Positions 51,020-64,000 of a stretch of 64,000 nt of DNA are shown one piece after another; within the stretch, counting starts at the first letter, position 1, and every line of letters begins with the position of its first letter. The notes under the pieces were generated by a model. That model was given only the letters and a program-made list of their open reading frames with translations. It had not been told where the DNA came from and did not search any database. The position numbers were made by a program, and so were the translations under genes. The DNA comes from Tubiluchus corallicola. Lineage: Eukaryota; Animalia; Priapulida. The stretch covers positions 486,116-550,115 of the forward strand of contig JAQGDQ010000064.1 in the NCBI GenBank assembly GCA_030141605.1. The letters are read 5' to 3'.

Positions 51020-54000
51020 TCATGATATTGGTGGGCAGTCGGGGTTGTTGATAAAATTTCTTGGTTGTATCATTCCATCTTGCTTCTTACTGAAAAAACA
51101 TTTAAAATTAATTGAGATATTTTTGTCTACATTTGTAGGGTATGTCATGACAACAGTATCGCCAGTAGAGCGTCATTAAAGTTTTTATTTAAAATAACAG
51201 CGTCAGTTTTGATTTCGGTGACGACCACACCTACGTATGTTGCGTATTATAAGTCAGAACCCAGGAAGCCCAAAAAATCACAAAAGATGCCTCCTACAGT
51301 AGTGTTTTACTTTTATTGAAATGTAGAATCAGTACATGTGATAAGTTTTCACAAATATGAATAATTAATAAAATATGTTTACAACAATGATTAACAGTAT
51401 CATTGAGCTTTTATCTATCAAAATACACTTTTCTGATGTGACTGTTTGAATAAAACTCCAAAAAACAGGTTCGGAAATTATATGTTCGTTGGCAAGCATT
51501 TAAACTCTGACTAATACCAGGGTCATCTAGGGTGAGATATAAATTTTATAAATTTGCTTAAAACACATGTAACTTCTGGTATCAAATTTTTATATGTTAA
51601 ATTAGTTGGGACTTAAAGATATTATAAATTAGATTATGACTGTCAATGCCAGAATCATTTCTGGAATTCATAGTCAATCTAATTAAAAATGCACGAATTG
51701 TTTTTGCACTTACGCAACTTCAGACAGGTACTCTACCACTGCATCAACATTTGAGGTGAGAATATCTGAATCCAGCCTTGTTACAAACTTGAAGCCATTG
51801 TAAAAATCATTATATGGCACACGAGCTGGACCGCCTTCGGGGTCTTCAGTTAGGATTTCGCACAGCACACGCATGGATTCTGTTATATCCTAAATTAAAA
51901 CAATAGCAGTTTGTAATTTGTTGAGCAAAACAGACCATTCTAAATTTTGTCTTAACATGGCCATATTCTTCTTCTGTCTAGCTGTCTTTCACAAATGAAC
52001 ATTTAAAGGGATACTTTACTCTTTTGTCTTTAAAAACTGTATGATTTACATCATAAAATTTTACTAGAATTTTACCAGATTTTTTTTCAATATTATTTTC
52101 GAGAAGCTTTTCATGAAGCAAGTAACAGTATCTATTCACAATATCATTGCCAAGCAAAATGCTAACAAACGATTAAATAGGTTTAATAACTTTGCTGCAC
52201 TTACAACCTGTTCATATACGTAAAATATGCATTATCATGTATTGAGCAACTTACTCACTTAGGTATGCTTTTTTGTAGCCAGGGCCTATACTTTTGAATG
52301 TTTTGTATTGCATGAAGTTAACTCCGTGCAACAGCAAAAATCAATTTGTTATTCTATGTGAACTGCAACACCAGTGGTGGGCCGTAGCTAAAATTAATGG
52401 GGGTGCTGCTTCAGAAACTTTTTAGCCATTGTTTTAATATTGTGTAAAATGAAACAAACATATAAAAAGAAAATTTATACATAAATTTGATAAGATCCTA
52501 AAGAAAATACATTTTTTATTAAGTAATAGACTAGATTGTTACAGTTCAAGTTAAATTAATCTTTTTAATTAATTTATTAAGTTAATTAAAGTTTATATTG
52601 ATCCATTCATTTAAAAACAAAATCCATTATTCTTGTTTTACTCCTTGCGAAAAGACTAATAATTTTCTTTTTGATCGACACTGTGTGAGCTGCAGTGCTC
52701 TCTCTACCTAGCATACAGCGTCTTATCTCAGATATGTGCGCATGGCCTCATACGCACAACAGCCAACACCACTTTGCCGGAGCTGTGAAGCACACATTTC
52801 CATAACATGATCCGGTTTGTTCAAGAATTTACAAGTATAAAGAAAGAATTAAAGAAAAAACACTCATTACTCATTATATTCAATATTAGCGATAACATGG
52901 AGTGAAAATATAAGATGCTGCAGTTTCACAGCATCTATACATGAGCTGCCATTGTAGAACACTAATTTTTTTCTGCACATTTTCTTCACCTGGATATAAG
53001 TTAATGAAAACCAAATTCAGAAATTGGTGGCATTTTCTAGAAATTTTTGAAGACATATTTTGCAAGTGTTATTGGGTCTTTCGTGGGTTGTCCATTTCTA
53101 CAAATAATTGCATAATATGCACTTTCATCTGCAATAGAAAGTTTATTTTTCACTCTCCATGTGTATGGCATACCTGAGATACAGTACCACATGCTAAAGC
53201 TAAAAAATCAATCCACAAAACTTCGTTATGAAGATGTCCAAGATCAATCAACTCGTCCAAGCGCTTTGGTGACAAGGCCAGCTTTTGCCATTTCTCTCTG
53301 ATTGCATCTAATTTTACCACCTTGTTGTGTCCTAGCTTCATATAAAAACAGAAAATTTTATCAATTGAATTTTAGCTGTATTAGAACTCATTACTGGCAT
53401 CGGTATTATTAACTGAATTAAGAATTCACTTAATGAATTTGCAACAAGGCATTTCTTTCTAAAATTTATACAATTATAATAATTAGCCATGAAAGAAGAC
53501 TAGCTACGAGTTGAGAACAATTGCTATATAACCTGTTTATGGAGAACAATTAGCAATCCAATGGAAAGATGATCTGCGTCGCTGTGCTCTAACCGCACTT
53601 TCACAGGTGGTGGCTCACCTTTTGACATCGCCAGAAAATACCTAGTAAGGAAGTGTATCCATTAATGACCACTAATTTAGTTTTTAATAATACCATTTAT
53701 TTCCTGCACAAAGAGTCATTATAAATAATGTTACGCAGAATGCGTACACATGCATTAAAAACATTACGAGCCCATTAAGTTCATTATGTCGTGACTATCT
53801 GCATAAGAAACTCTGAAAAGTTACCTAATTTCCCTAAGGGTGTATTAGTTAGATGTATGTGTTATACATAGCCTAATATGACATTCCAAAATGATGTCAT
53901 CTCACAGACATCGTTGCCATTGGCTCACCGGCATGTACGTTATTGTGAATTTACTGTATATGAATCCAAACGCCTACTATGTTATACTGTCATGAATAAG

Positions 54001-54567
54001 GGTTAAGCAGGTACATCATAGAAACCCCATATTGAAAGCTATAAGAAGACATTAGTATTCCAAAAACAATATAGAGCCCTTGAATTGCAAAATGTTGTCC
54101 AAGGTTCTGCTAGAATGGGGCAAAAAGTTGTGTAGACATTCACCAGTTCCACAATTTTTTGGTAGCAAATTATTACAAGAGCATAATTTAAGCTAAATCT
54201 GATTGATCTTATAGTAATAATAATATTATATAGTCAATGAAACAGTACAGCAAAAAAACTCATATATTATCATACAATGATGACATTGATAGCAGAGTTC
54301 TGTTTTGCATGCAACTAGAAGTTGTACAACTATGCAATCAAACACCGTAATTGAGATAAAACTAGGATAGACTATTAAATAAAACTAGATCATAAATGTA
54401 TTGCACAGCTGTTAAAAATCAGGATATAAAATTTACGCATAAGACCAAACTACGATGTCTCTAGGTTGTGTCCGAATAGCAGCCTTGACAAACTGTTTCA
54501 ATATATCCGGAAAATCAGGTGGTATGACTATTTGCTCTTTGCAATACATCTGTTCCTTTAATGGCAT
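51020..54567 (-). CDS. ROPN1L: Ropporin-1-like protein (RIIa-domain axonemal radial spoke protein, ~215 aa, 5 coding exons)
   Basis: Exons (-): 54567-54437, 53641-53533, 53335-53174, 51889-51714, 51089-51020. Motifs [65 protein letters not shown] and GMIQPRNF match the ropporin/ROPN1L family. Probable non-coding first exon with donor at 55679. Confidence 0.9.
52372..52954. mobile_element. hAT-like MITE (copy 2) in a ROPN1L intron
   Basis: Ends CAGTGGTGG... / ...CTGCCATTG; 8-bp TSD TGCAACAC/TAGAACAC; shares GGTGCTGCTTCAG, GTAAAATGAAACAAACAT and TCTCTACCTAGCAT blocks with 6322-6739. Confidence 0.7.
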
Positions 54568-55732
54568 TTTGCTGGTATCTCCCACAGCTAAGATAAACAA
54601 AGTATTTTCAATATCAATAATTTTTTGACTTTTCAAGAATGTTAGCTACTTAGTTTTAGACTTTTTTTAGTATTACTATCTATTTCAAGTGGGCATGCAA
54701 CAAGCTGCGAGAATTTCTGTCATATTAAAACTTGTAAAATCTTCTACAATAACAGCATATTTTCCTTTTTTGGGGAACTGCTTCCTCACTTTTATGGATA
54801 TGCTAAAGAAATTTGTTAATCTGAAATTGCAATAATGGAAAAGATGTTTTACAACACATGTAAAATTTAGTCATAGTTATAATGAATGATTTAATACCAT
54901 AGGCATAGCTATTTTCATGTGTATTGACATTAGCATTATGTACTATGACTGTATAAGTTTATAACAATTTATTAACATAATTTAAAACTTGAGGCCCCAA
55001 TTATCGGTTGTAAAAGCTGATCCAATTTGTGTTTTATTGTTTTTAATGATTTTTTTATCTAAAACTGTCAAATTAAATATTATCTATTTAAGCATGACAT
55101 TCCATTCCATTTACGTCTACAGACAAATATTATGACAGCTCCACATCTCCACACCAATGTCTTTCGACAATATATTCACGTAAATGCTTAAATCAACACA
55201 ATATCAGTTATTTATCACAATGGAAAATTTCTTCACAAAAGCTGTTTCAAAAATGCACTAGACAAATACTTATGCACTAGTAAAGCCTAAACTTTAGTAA
55301 AGGTCTCCTAGTCCTATATTAATATCTTTGAGTGACTTTGAGGTATGATTGCAGGCAGAACACGTGTTTTGTAAATATCTATCCACGAAGAGCACAATGC
55401 AATGTCTACTATTTATGTGAAGATAACTGTGTTATTATACCACAAATATCACAAAGTGCTCACCGTTATGGTAAGCGTTAAGCTGAAAATAATGAGTGAA
55501 ATAAAGAGAGTAATACAGCGAGTATGAACCATAATCTTTTTTCAATAAAATAAAAACTCGATATTTAAATGTTGTAATAATATAAATAAACAGATACCTC
55601 GATATTACAGTACAAAGTTCCACAAATTTTGCTATTAAATATTTTTTACTAAGCTTTCGACCTTTCAGGTACTCATTACCAATACAAAAATCTCAAAAAT
55701 GTTGTAAAGTTGACTCTATTGACTGCGTCTCT

Positions 55733-55746
55733 GTTTCCAAGGAAAC
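55733..55746. promoter_or_regulatory. RFX X-box in the ROPN1L promoter
   Basis: GTTTCC-AA-GGAAAC fits the X-box consensus and lies ~55 bp from the presumed first-exon donor (55679) of a ciliary/flagellar gene. Confidence 0.75.
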
Positions 55747-55933
55747 GAGGCTTTTTGCGCCCTCTGCTGAATTTGTGTAAATTTCTTGCAGACGGATTCG
55801 TTAAATTTTAGTCAGAGTACAAATAGTTTTAGAAGCAAATTAAACGTATGTAAAAACCTTGTTGCTGTGTCTGTTTTGAAAAATAAACTAGGCATCTATA
55901 ACTAAGGGTACAAGTATCATACCGTAAAAAGAT

Positions 55934-56560
55934 TCAGTGTTTGCAGACATGTTTCTCGTCAATCCAATCTATATTTCGTTCCTCAATTGCATTGACACAC
56001 TTTTGGATGGCCCCTTTAAACTGATTAACTGCAAGTGCTTCGATAACCCTTTGAGGTAAACCATTGCACAAATCAATTATCCTATGCTTGAAAAAATATT
56101 TGCTTAAATCCAGCTTGGCTCTTTTCTTGTACAGTTGTAACTGATGACCTCGCATCATCCTCTCATGACTCTTGAAAGTGAAGAATCCAACTCCACATCA
56201 TCAATTCCTTTAATGATTTTGAAAGCTTGTATTAAATCAGAACGCATCCTTCTAGATAATAATGTATGCAGACCTAGACGCTTAAGTCTTTGACAATATG
56301 GAACATTCGTCAACCCTTCAACCATTTTTGTAGCACTTCTTTGGACACCCTCGATCAAACATATGTCTTGGACAAAGTACAGATTCCAAACAGGACTGAC
56401 ATATTCCAAATTGGACGGACATTGAATTTATGTAGCGTGATGAGTATGCTTGCATTTTTATTAATGAATGTTCTGTTTATCAGGCCAAGTATCATGTTTG
56501 CTTTTTTAACTTTAATGGAGATATGCTTTCCAGGTTGGATTGCAATGTCACACCTATTCC
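55934..56560 (-). mobile_element. Decayed CR1/L2-group LINE fragment
   Basis: KKANMILGLINRTF, EYVSPVWN...IEGVQRSATKMV, RRMRSDLIQAFKIIKG and RGHQLQL...KYFFKHRII in shifting frames. Confidence 0.85.
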
Positions 56561-56689
56561 CCCCCCCCCAAAAAAACATTGTAACATGTGATGAATTGCT
56601 CTATGTCTCTGTCTTCTATTGTTGTTAAGTGTCTTGAATCACTGTTGTGGAATGACATATTGATTTTTTTTGTTATCCTTTGGCCAATT

Positions 56690-57800
56690 TAGTGACAATC
56701 AGCATGGCTCATTGCCACAATGTTCCATTGCAACAAATCTTGAATCCGTAATGTACTGTCTGAAATTTTTATAAGTATTCTTTCCATCTATTGATATTCT
56801 GTACATTGATTTTAGAAAGTTATTTGATTCTGTTCCTCTAGCTTCGTCATCTTATTAAAATGGAATTCATAGGTATAAAAGGTATACTCCTCCAATGGTT
56901 TCAATATTCTAACTCACAGACATCAAAGAGTACATTTGTATGATCACTGTAACTACTTTACACTGGTGCAACTGGTTTAATAGGTCTCCGTCAAAGATAT
57001 CCATTCCACATCTATAAATGTTACACTCGGAGTTCCACAAGGCCTCAGTCCCTGGAGAGGCCTTATTCCTCCTCTACATAAACTTTATATCGGTAATAAC
57101 ATACATTCGACTCTTCCTTGATGAGTGATGACTCAATGCTCTATAGAGCTATATGGGGAGTAATCGGGATCATTGTATTCTGGAACAGGACTTCTTATAA
57201 TTACAAGTATGGGGAGACCATTGCTGTTGGACTTTAAAATCGATAAATGCAATATTTTATCTATCACTCAAAAAAAAGCCCAACTTACTACCCCTGCTTT
57301 GTTGCAAAGCCAGGAAATTGCAATGCATACAAGTAGGACACTCATTGTTATTTGTAGGACACTTCGTCACTATTACGTGACTGTTTATGTGACGTGTATG
57401 ACACTACGTCATCAATAAGTCAAAGAAAGATCATATTAAGCTCCGGATAGACCAAAAGTAGAATGTGGCATTGCATCCTGGGATTCACACACAGCTACTG
57501 ATACCAAACGCAACGAGCAAGTTGTGTGAAATGCAGCTCACAATTTGTACATAGTGCAGAGTCCTAAAATGCTGAAGTGATTATAAGATGGTTTCTGAGC
57601 TTTGTTGGGAAATGTTAGAAACCAGGCACTGACAAACCATGCTAAACACCTTTCGTGACATAGTGCCTCACAGGATAGGTATCACTTTACCAATTTACGT
57701 TACTCTGTCATTTGAGGATAACAGAAATTTCATTCAACCAGCAGGAAGAGTTAATGTCTACTTATACTCCTAGCCCAGGGCCATGCAACTGTGGAACAAA
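56690..57800 (+). mobile_element. Older LINE RT fragment in the opposite orientation
   Basis: Remnant motifs YIDFRKLFDSVP (56801), SGVPQG...LFLLYIN (57027), LLDFKIDKCNILSIT and PKVECGIASWD with many stops and frameshifts. Confidence 0.65.
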
Positions 57801-57983
57801 CTCGGAGCACTAGCATCCTCAGCTGTTTCTAGCATGAGGTTGTCACCTCACCTATCTTTAAACCTAACCATGTTTTTAGCCTGCATCTGCACCATGTTTG
57901 ATTTTCCTTTTTACACTTCCAATTGTAGCTTCTAATACTATCACCAATAGCGAGTTGTTTTTCTTCGAATTTTTACTAATTGT

Positions 57984-59887
57984 CAGTGGCGTGCAGTGGG
58001 TCGTGGAACAACACATGCAACCAGCTAGGGGTCTGGAGGACTCCTGTAAGCTCCCCCGGCGGGGTTCGGGCCGGAGCCCCAGCCACCAACCCATTTTCCT
58101 GTATTTAAGGGTGGAGGCGTCGGATGAGATCTAAATTGTAGTACATCGACTTCCTCAAATGTGAAAGATGTACTTATAATACGTTAATTTTTAGGCAAAT
58201 TTATCTATTGTATTATAGCTATTTGAAATTCAGCGATCCTATGGATGAACCAGTCCAGGGTTTACCTAACGTACTTGATAAAGTATTGTACAACCAAGTT
58301 TTAACCTACTGCAGAGATAAATAACTGTTGGCCAATACCGCTTGACAATTACAGCAAAATAATAATAACAATAATAGTTTCTTTACATTTGAGGCAGATA
58401 AACGATCTCTAGACTAAGTTCACTTGTCTATTGGAAGTGGTCTACGCACAGTGAAAGAAAACATCCTGGAATACAGTGGGAACAGAGCCGATAACAATAT
58501 CTAGCACATTTAATTAATTTCATTTTACTTAGTGTCAGCATTAAAATATTATTATTATTTAAGACAATTTTTATTCACTATCCACATAGAAAGATGTTTA
58601 TAAATATAAAACTATTCACTTATTAATAAATTGTCTCGCTGACGATTTTAAATTCTGCACACAGTAATTTGTTCATATAAATTCACTGACTTATAGTCAC
58701 AGAGAGCCTGAAAGTCACACAAAATTGACTGACTGGTAATGCTGAAATGCAAAGTAATACAACTATAAGCTCTAAACATGAAAAAGAAAATTTACGAAAA
58801 CCTTTGTGGTTTTTTGTCCTATTGTACAAATAAGTTACCAGAAAAGAGACTGTTGTCAACCTTTCAGTCAAAATTTTACTCGTGATTCATAACGTATTTA
58901 AAATGTGGTTGGGTAAAAATGTATTAAAACTCAATTGTCTTTTGTCAAATTGTCTGGAGCTTGCCATATTGCTAATTAACTTGTCATAAACTGGGTGAAA
59001 TTTCCTAAATTTAGTGGTTTCATAAGTCAAAAGTGTTGCGTGAATCACAGAATGTTGCTCTAACCTGTCGCGTTGCATTAGGGCACGTAATTAAGTGCAG
59101 TGGTGCACCACACCCCCTGTGTTACCTGCTGTGTTCCCAAACAATTTTTTTTCACGTTGTCTAGCACCGCCGATGGGCAATTATGTTTCCTGCAAATGGA
59201 AGGAAAGCTCCATCTCACTGCGATCGCATTTTACGTTACGTTTAGGTTGAGGTAGCAATTGGGAGGCAAATCGGGAGAAAGGCTTGTTACCATTAAAATT
59301 TAAATTAAAAATTCCAAATTGGGAGAGTTGTAATGTTTGGTATTTATCGTAAATGACAGTCTAAACACTACAGTAATTTATAAAATAGGTAAAAACCACG
59401 CCACAGTTATTATCTAGCACTCTATAGCAGCTACAGAACTCTATCAACTACAGTACCCGTACGTATTAAACAGTGGCTCAAAAAAAATCGTGATGCATTC
59501 ACGTGTAGCTGGGCAGCGAAAACCCAAGTTGAATGAGCGGCGGCATTTCTCTCGCGGATAAACCTGGGATAAAAAACAATGCAGCCGCTAGTTGTGATTT
59601 GACAAGTTTCGATTAAGCCATGCCTTCAAGCTCCCTGTCTATATTGTAATGAGCGTGCTTTCACATTGGAAAATATAGTGAATGCATACAGCTCCATCGC
59701 TTGTGTAGTGTGATAGTTTTGCAAAACCTATAGCCTACGGACATTATAATACAATACGAGCGTAAAATGTTAATAAATATTAGCAATAATAGTTAAATAT
59801 TAGAAATATTTACAAGTGTTTTTTACATCGTGATTATTTTTTGGAAACTAGAAGGCATGTGTTGCATGCATGGGCTGCACGCCACTG
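57984..59887. mobile_element. 1.9-kb non-autonomous hAT-like DNA transposon
   Basis: Perfect 13-bp TIR CAGTGGCGTGCAG / CTGCACGCCACTG; 8-bp TSD CTAATTGT/CTAATTAT; GC-rich subterminal block (58027-58085); no transposase ORF seen. Confidence 0.8.
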
Positions 59888-61251
59888 CTAATTATGTTTA
59901 CCCAAACTTCTAGTGTTTCGTAAAAGACTTAGAAGTATATTTATTGTTCTAAATATACAATAATATCAGATAAGTTTTATACTTATAATAAGTGTTTTTG
60001 CCATTTGACTTTACAAATTGAGTCTTTCTTCTCTAGCTTCAAGAACACTGGTAGTTTTTTAAGCAGCATGGTCTCCTTTGAGTTTTGAAAATAGGTCTAT
60101 CAGTATGTATGAGGCTCCACAATTCGACTGGAGGTGTGAATCCCTTATATTTGAATGCATTGAGAAGGGCTTAAATGCAAATTAAATTTAACAGTTATAA
60201 TCTTGAAATGTGAACTTTATAAACTTGATAATATTATCTATTTAATAAGAAGGAAATTCAACTTTTGATTTAAGTCGTAACCTAATATTACATACTTTAA
60301 TTTAAAAGAGGAAGAAAAGGGAAATTCAAAGTGTATCTCAAAAAACTTTCCACATATAATATAACATTGATTAATGCTACACAATCCTATGAAACACTTA
60401 TGTAATCGAAAAAGAAAGCTCTTAATAATTTGAAATGTTCGCACCAGCTTGTAAAATATCTCTGTTTCCCTGTCCCAGTGTGCACCTGAAATGTTACTGG
60501 TTTGCCAAAAATATATTATTAATCTTATTGAAAAGATAAAGAAATTCATACTTTTGTTCAGTTAGTGCATTAATGCTCTGAATATTTTTCAAACTTTTAG
60601 CACTGGTATATAAACTTGTTTAAAATGACTTGCTGTCAAAATTTTAATGCCTTAATTGTTAGTATTGGAGTTTAAATTTTCAAGTTTTATACAGCGTTGC
60701 TGCTAAAATTTTAGCTTTTCTTACAATATCATGTTCCCAACTTACACGTTGTTTCAAAAATTACAGCCTAAAAATGTAGTAACTACGGAGAGCCGCATAA
60801 TAATTTTACGATGCACTAGTTATGTGGTGCATGGGGATGCCATCAATCAAAGGAATATAACCTGCATATTATTTACTGTCACCTGATTTCTTTCAACTGC
60901 TGCTAACTTGAGTGACGACAAAATTTAACAAGGAAAGTAAAAAGAACATCATTTGCACTACCTTGCTCATCAAAAGGTAATGGCAGTCAATGAAAAGTCA
61001 AAAATCCTGGTGTCACTTATGTAACCTAAATTCTAAAATATATGTCATTGATAATTACTGGATTTAAATTGGCACCTGATATAAAGTGCATGAGATTTTC
61101 AGATTTATTGATCTGCAGTGATTGCCTGAGACTTGGCAGGTCCGCAGTAGCAAATAAATTAACTGTAGTTACTATATAGTTAGTCTAAATTAAACCAGAT
61201 CACATGTTTGTAGTACATGTAGTGCATATCCCACTTTTACACTTTCAGAAA

Positions 61252-63738
61252 ATGGCTGGGACAGCTCAAATGGTACGTCCACCAAAAACACCTATGGTAG
61301 GTTCTTTTCAGTTTTGCCAGACATATTTTCTAACCTTCAGATAGCTTTTAGTGAAATTATTATTGTCATTTAGAATACATACATGTGCTAGATGTATCAC
61401 TGTTAGACTGTGATAAAATAAAACTAAAAAATATGTGCGCATATTATCAAATAGACATGCTTTTTTACTAAAGTACCAAGACAGTAAAGTAAAGTAAAGC
61501 AAAGCAACTTCCAAATGGAAGAATTTGAAAGTGCATTGTTGTGCTTGAGATAATTTCAAGTGTACCTTTAATCAAACCTATAGGTGAGAAGTTGCTAATT
61601 AATTTAAATCTATTTTCCTTCAAATGATTAGGTGTTTTCTCCAGTTTGCATGTAATATGTATTTTAAAGCAAATAATTCTTATTTATAAGCCCTAGATGG
61701 AGCATCTATTTTATAGGTGTAACTTACTAATGTGATTTATATTTATAGTGGAGTCAAGTATTTCCACCAGAACAGTCAAGTGAGGCACAGTCATCGCTTT
61801 TCATGAAGAAGTTGGTAGCAGTGACAGTGTCAAATATTACGTACTTACGAGCAGTATTTCCAGAGCATGCATTCGGCGATCGATGCTTAGAAGGTGTACA
61901 ATTTTTGTGAATAGTAATACCTGTTATTCGTGAATGTATGTGCATGTTGTTAATGACTTTTCAAGGTGATATTTCTATTTTGTAATATTGCTATATTTGG
62001 CTGAGTGCAGTGGAACATATTTTGTTGTGGTTTATTTCGAAATAAATTGCAAGCTGATAAATAAATAAGAAAATTTGGGCTGGTAGTACTGTGTTTTGTG
62101 GTCAGAGACCAGAATACTAGCTAGAACTTATAGGGGAGTTGCAGGATTTTTTAAGAGAAGTAGGATGAGTTATGCTGAAGTAGGGTTAATGAGATTTTTC
62201 TAATTTTTGAGCTTATATCTGTTGAAAAAAGTTTAATTACTGCGTATTAAAATTGCCTGCACTTGCTGTTCCAGCTAAATGAATCAAAAGAATATTAAGT
62301 TGATTTTGTGTAATGGCAAGTACATGTTAATTGTTGTTAAGTTTGTAGACTTTGGTTAACTAGAAAGTAAGCATCACTGTTCTTGGATCAGGAATATCCT
62401 ATTTGCCCATTTCTTGCCAAGTTTATGGTTTTCAGAAGAAGATCGTGAGAAGCAAGGTCACTTCCTGTAGTCGTAAAATCCGTTTTTGCGTACAAAATTA
62501 CATTTCTTGGAGCAGATCCATTTGTAATGGACATGTCTGAGGGTTATATTGGGGCAGACTACCATTAGTCTATAATAGTCCATAGTTTCATGAAAAATTT
62601 CAGCCTTGTAGGCTGACAACTGTGGCCTGTGCTGGTTTTCAAAGCTAAATTTGACAAAACACCACTGCTACCTGCACTCACTGACAACAAGAACGTGATC
62701 AAGCTTTAGGGACCTGCACTTTATGCCAGATTCACTGCATTCAATCAATATCACACTATGGAAATATTGGTTTTTGTTGTGTCTAAATTATACTAATGGG
62801 ACGTAATTGGATGATAATGTTTACTGTACAATCATAATTATACTGCATATTCAAGTATCTGACTACTAACTAGGACTTAACTAGATAATGAATGGACCAA
62901 TTGCTAGCAAGAAAACCTGCATAGCATAGCCCTCTATGTATTATTTCACTGATCAAGTGTCACTGGTGGTATTTATAAGAAAAAACTGAAATTAGTTACC
63001 TAGGTTGTGCAGTTCCCCATCGTCATAAGGTGACTGACTTTCATAACTTAACACACACAATGGATAACATAGGCCTGCATTGATTTTGGTTCTTGCATAG
63101 TTGTACAGCACTGGAAATTGAGGATGTGCAGAGGGTCTGGGAAAGAGGTTGTGAAACGTATTTTGCAGTTTGAGCTATGTGATGTTGTCTAATAATATGA
63201 GTTATGATAACACTTGTCAATTTCATAGTTATTCACACAAGTAAGTGTGGTTGCATCATTGCTAATGAACACTTTATTTTCTCAGACCTACATTTAAAGG
63301 TACTTCGTGATAATACCTGTTGTCCAGGAGCTTCACTGGTCATTCGATGGGTTAGAGGAGTATTTGATGCTTTGGAAAAGAAATATGTGAGTATAGAGTT
63401 GTAATACCTTTCTATAAATATATGTAATTTCTATGCAACAGCAGTACTAATTAATTTTGTGTTTTATAGACATTTTTTGCAAATTTCTTTGTTGTATTTC
63501 AGTACAAGTGATAACAATGAAATAAGCCCAACATGCTAATTGACTTATTGTTTCCTTTAATACAAAGCCTTCTATACGTCTTTTATATGTTTCCTTACTT
63601 AATTTTCACTCTTACTTATGTTTAGGCTCGAATGATGATTCTTGGTATTTACGCGGATCCTAAAAACCCAGACAAGCTTATTGAGTCGTATACATTCAAG
63701 TTTTCTTATGACAATCAGGGTGGTGTCAGCATTTACAG
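61252..63738 (+). CDS. HORMAD1: Meiotic HORMA domain protein HORMAD1/2 (5' part only; gene continues beyond the window)
   Basis: Exons 61252-61296, 61749-61893, 63286-63386, 63626-63738 give MAGTAQMVRPPKTPMWSQVFPPEQSSEAQSSLFMKKLVAVTVSNITYLRAVFPEHAFGDRCLEDLHLKVLRDNTCCPGASLVIRWVRGVFDALEKKYARMMILGIYADPKNPDKLIESYTFKFSY, collinear with the HORMAD1/Hop1 HORMA domain. Confidence 0.9.
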
Positions 63739-64000
63739 GTGAATTGTCTGTACTTTCTTTAATGCTAACATTATTTTTCTGCTTTCATTTGCAGCTCTCA
63801 TAGTCTTGCAGTTCTTATTGTTACAATTGTATTTTAAATAAGTGTAGGTAAAGTTTGCAGAGTGTGTGGTGAATGTAAAAATATGCCAAAACTGACTGCT
63901 TAATAGTGTTAAACCATTTAGTAAGGTTTTTAATTTTGTTATTAAAAAATAAGAGATATTTATGAGAAATATTTAGCTTGAAATAGGCATTGTGCATTTT

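Noticed and set aside
62350-62720. Possible interspersed repeat in a HORMAD intron
   Set aside because: Composition looks repeat-like but I found no second copy, TIR or TSD in the window.
1-64000. Prokaryotic-type systems (CRISPR arrays, operons, defence islands)
   Set aside because: The sequence is intron-rich animal DNA; no repeat-spacer array or cas-like ORFs. The periodic repeats found are coding or simple duplications.

Overview
AT-rich genomic DNA from an invertebrate animal (spliceosomal introns; FoxM, LARGE and HORMAD present; TTAGGG-like tract). It is not prokaryotic. By reading splice sites and checking codon phase by hand I reconstructed six protein-coding genes. FoxM1-like forkhead factor (+, 3258-8991). 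CECR2-like bromodomain/AT-hook chromatin-remodelling subunit (-, 11128-32560; 18 coding exons, one GC-AG intron). Intronless ALG6 nested antisense in CECR2 intron 1 (+, 27268-28746). LARGE xylosyl/glucuronyltransferase (+, 33716-47147), head-to-head with CECR2. ROPN1L (-, 51020-54567) with a perfect RFX X-box upstream. The 5' part of a meiotic HORMAD1/2 (+, from 61252, running off the window). Non-coding DNA holds decayed LINE fragments, pogo/Tigger, hAT and PIF/Harbinger non-autonomous DNA transposons, and local duplications. I found no clearly new multi-gene system. The best leads are the nested retrogene-like ALG6, the repeat-built CECR2 tail and SUMO-motif exon, a fold-back element with two divergent tRNA-like cores, a duplicated exon end whose second splice donor is specifically destroyed, and apparently ancient gene linkage. 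Gene names come from my recall of the homologous proteins, not from database searches.
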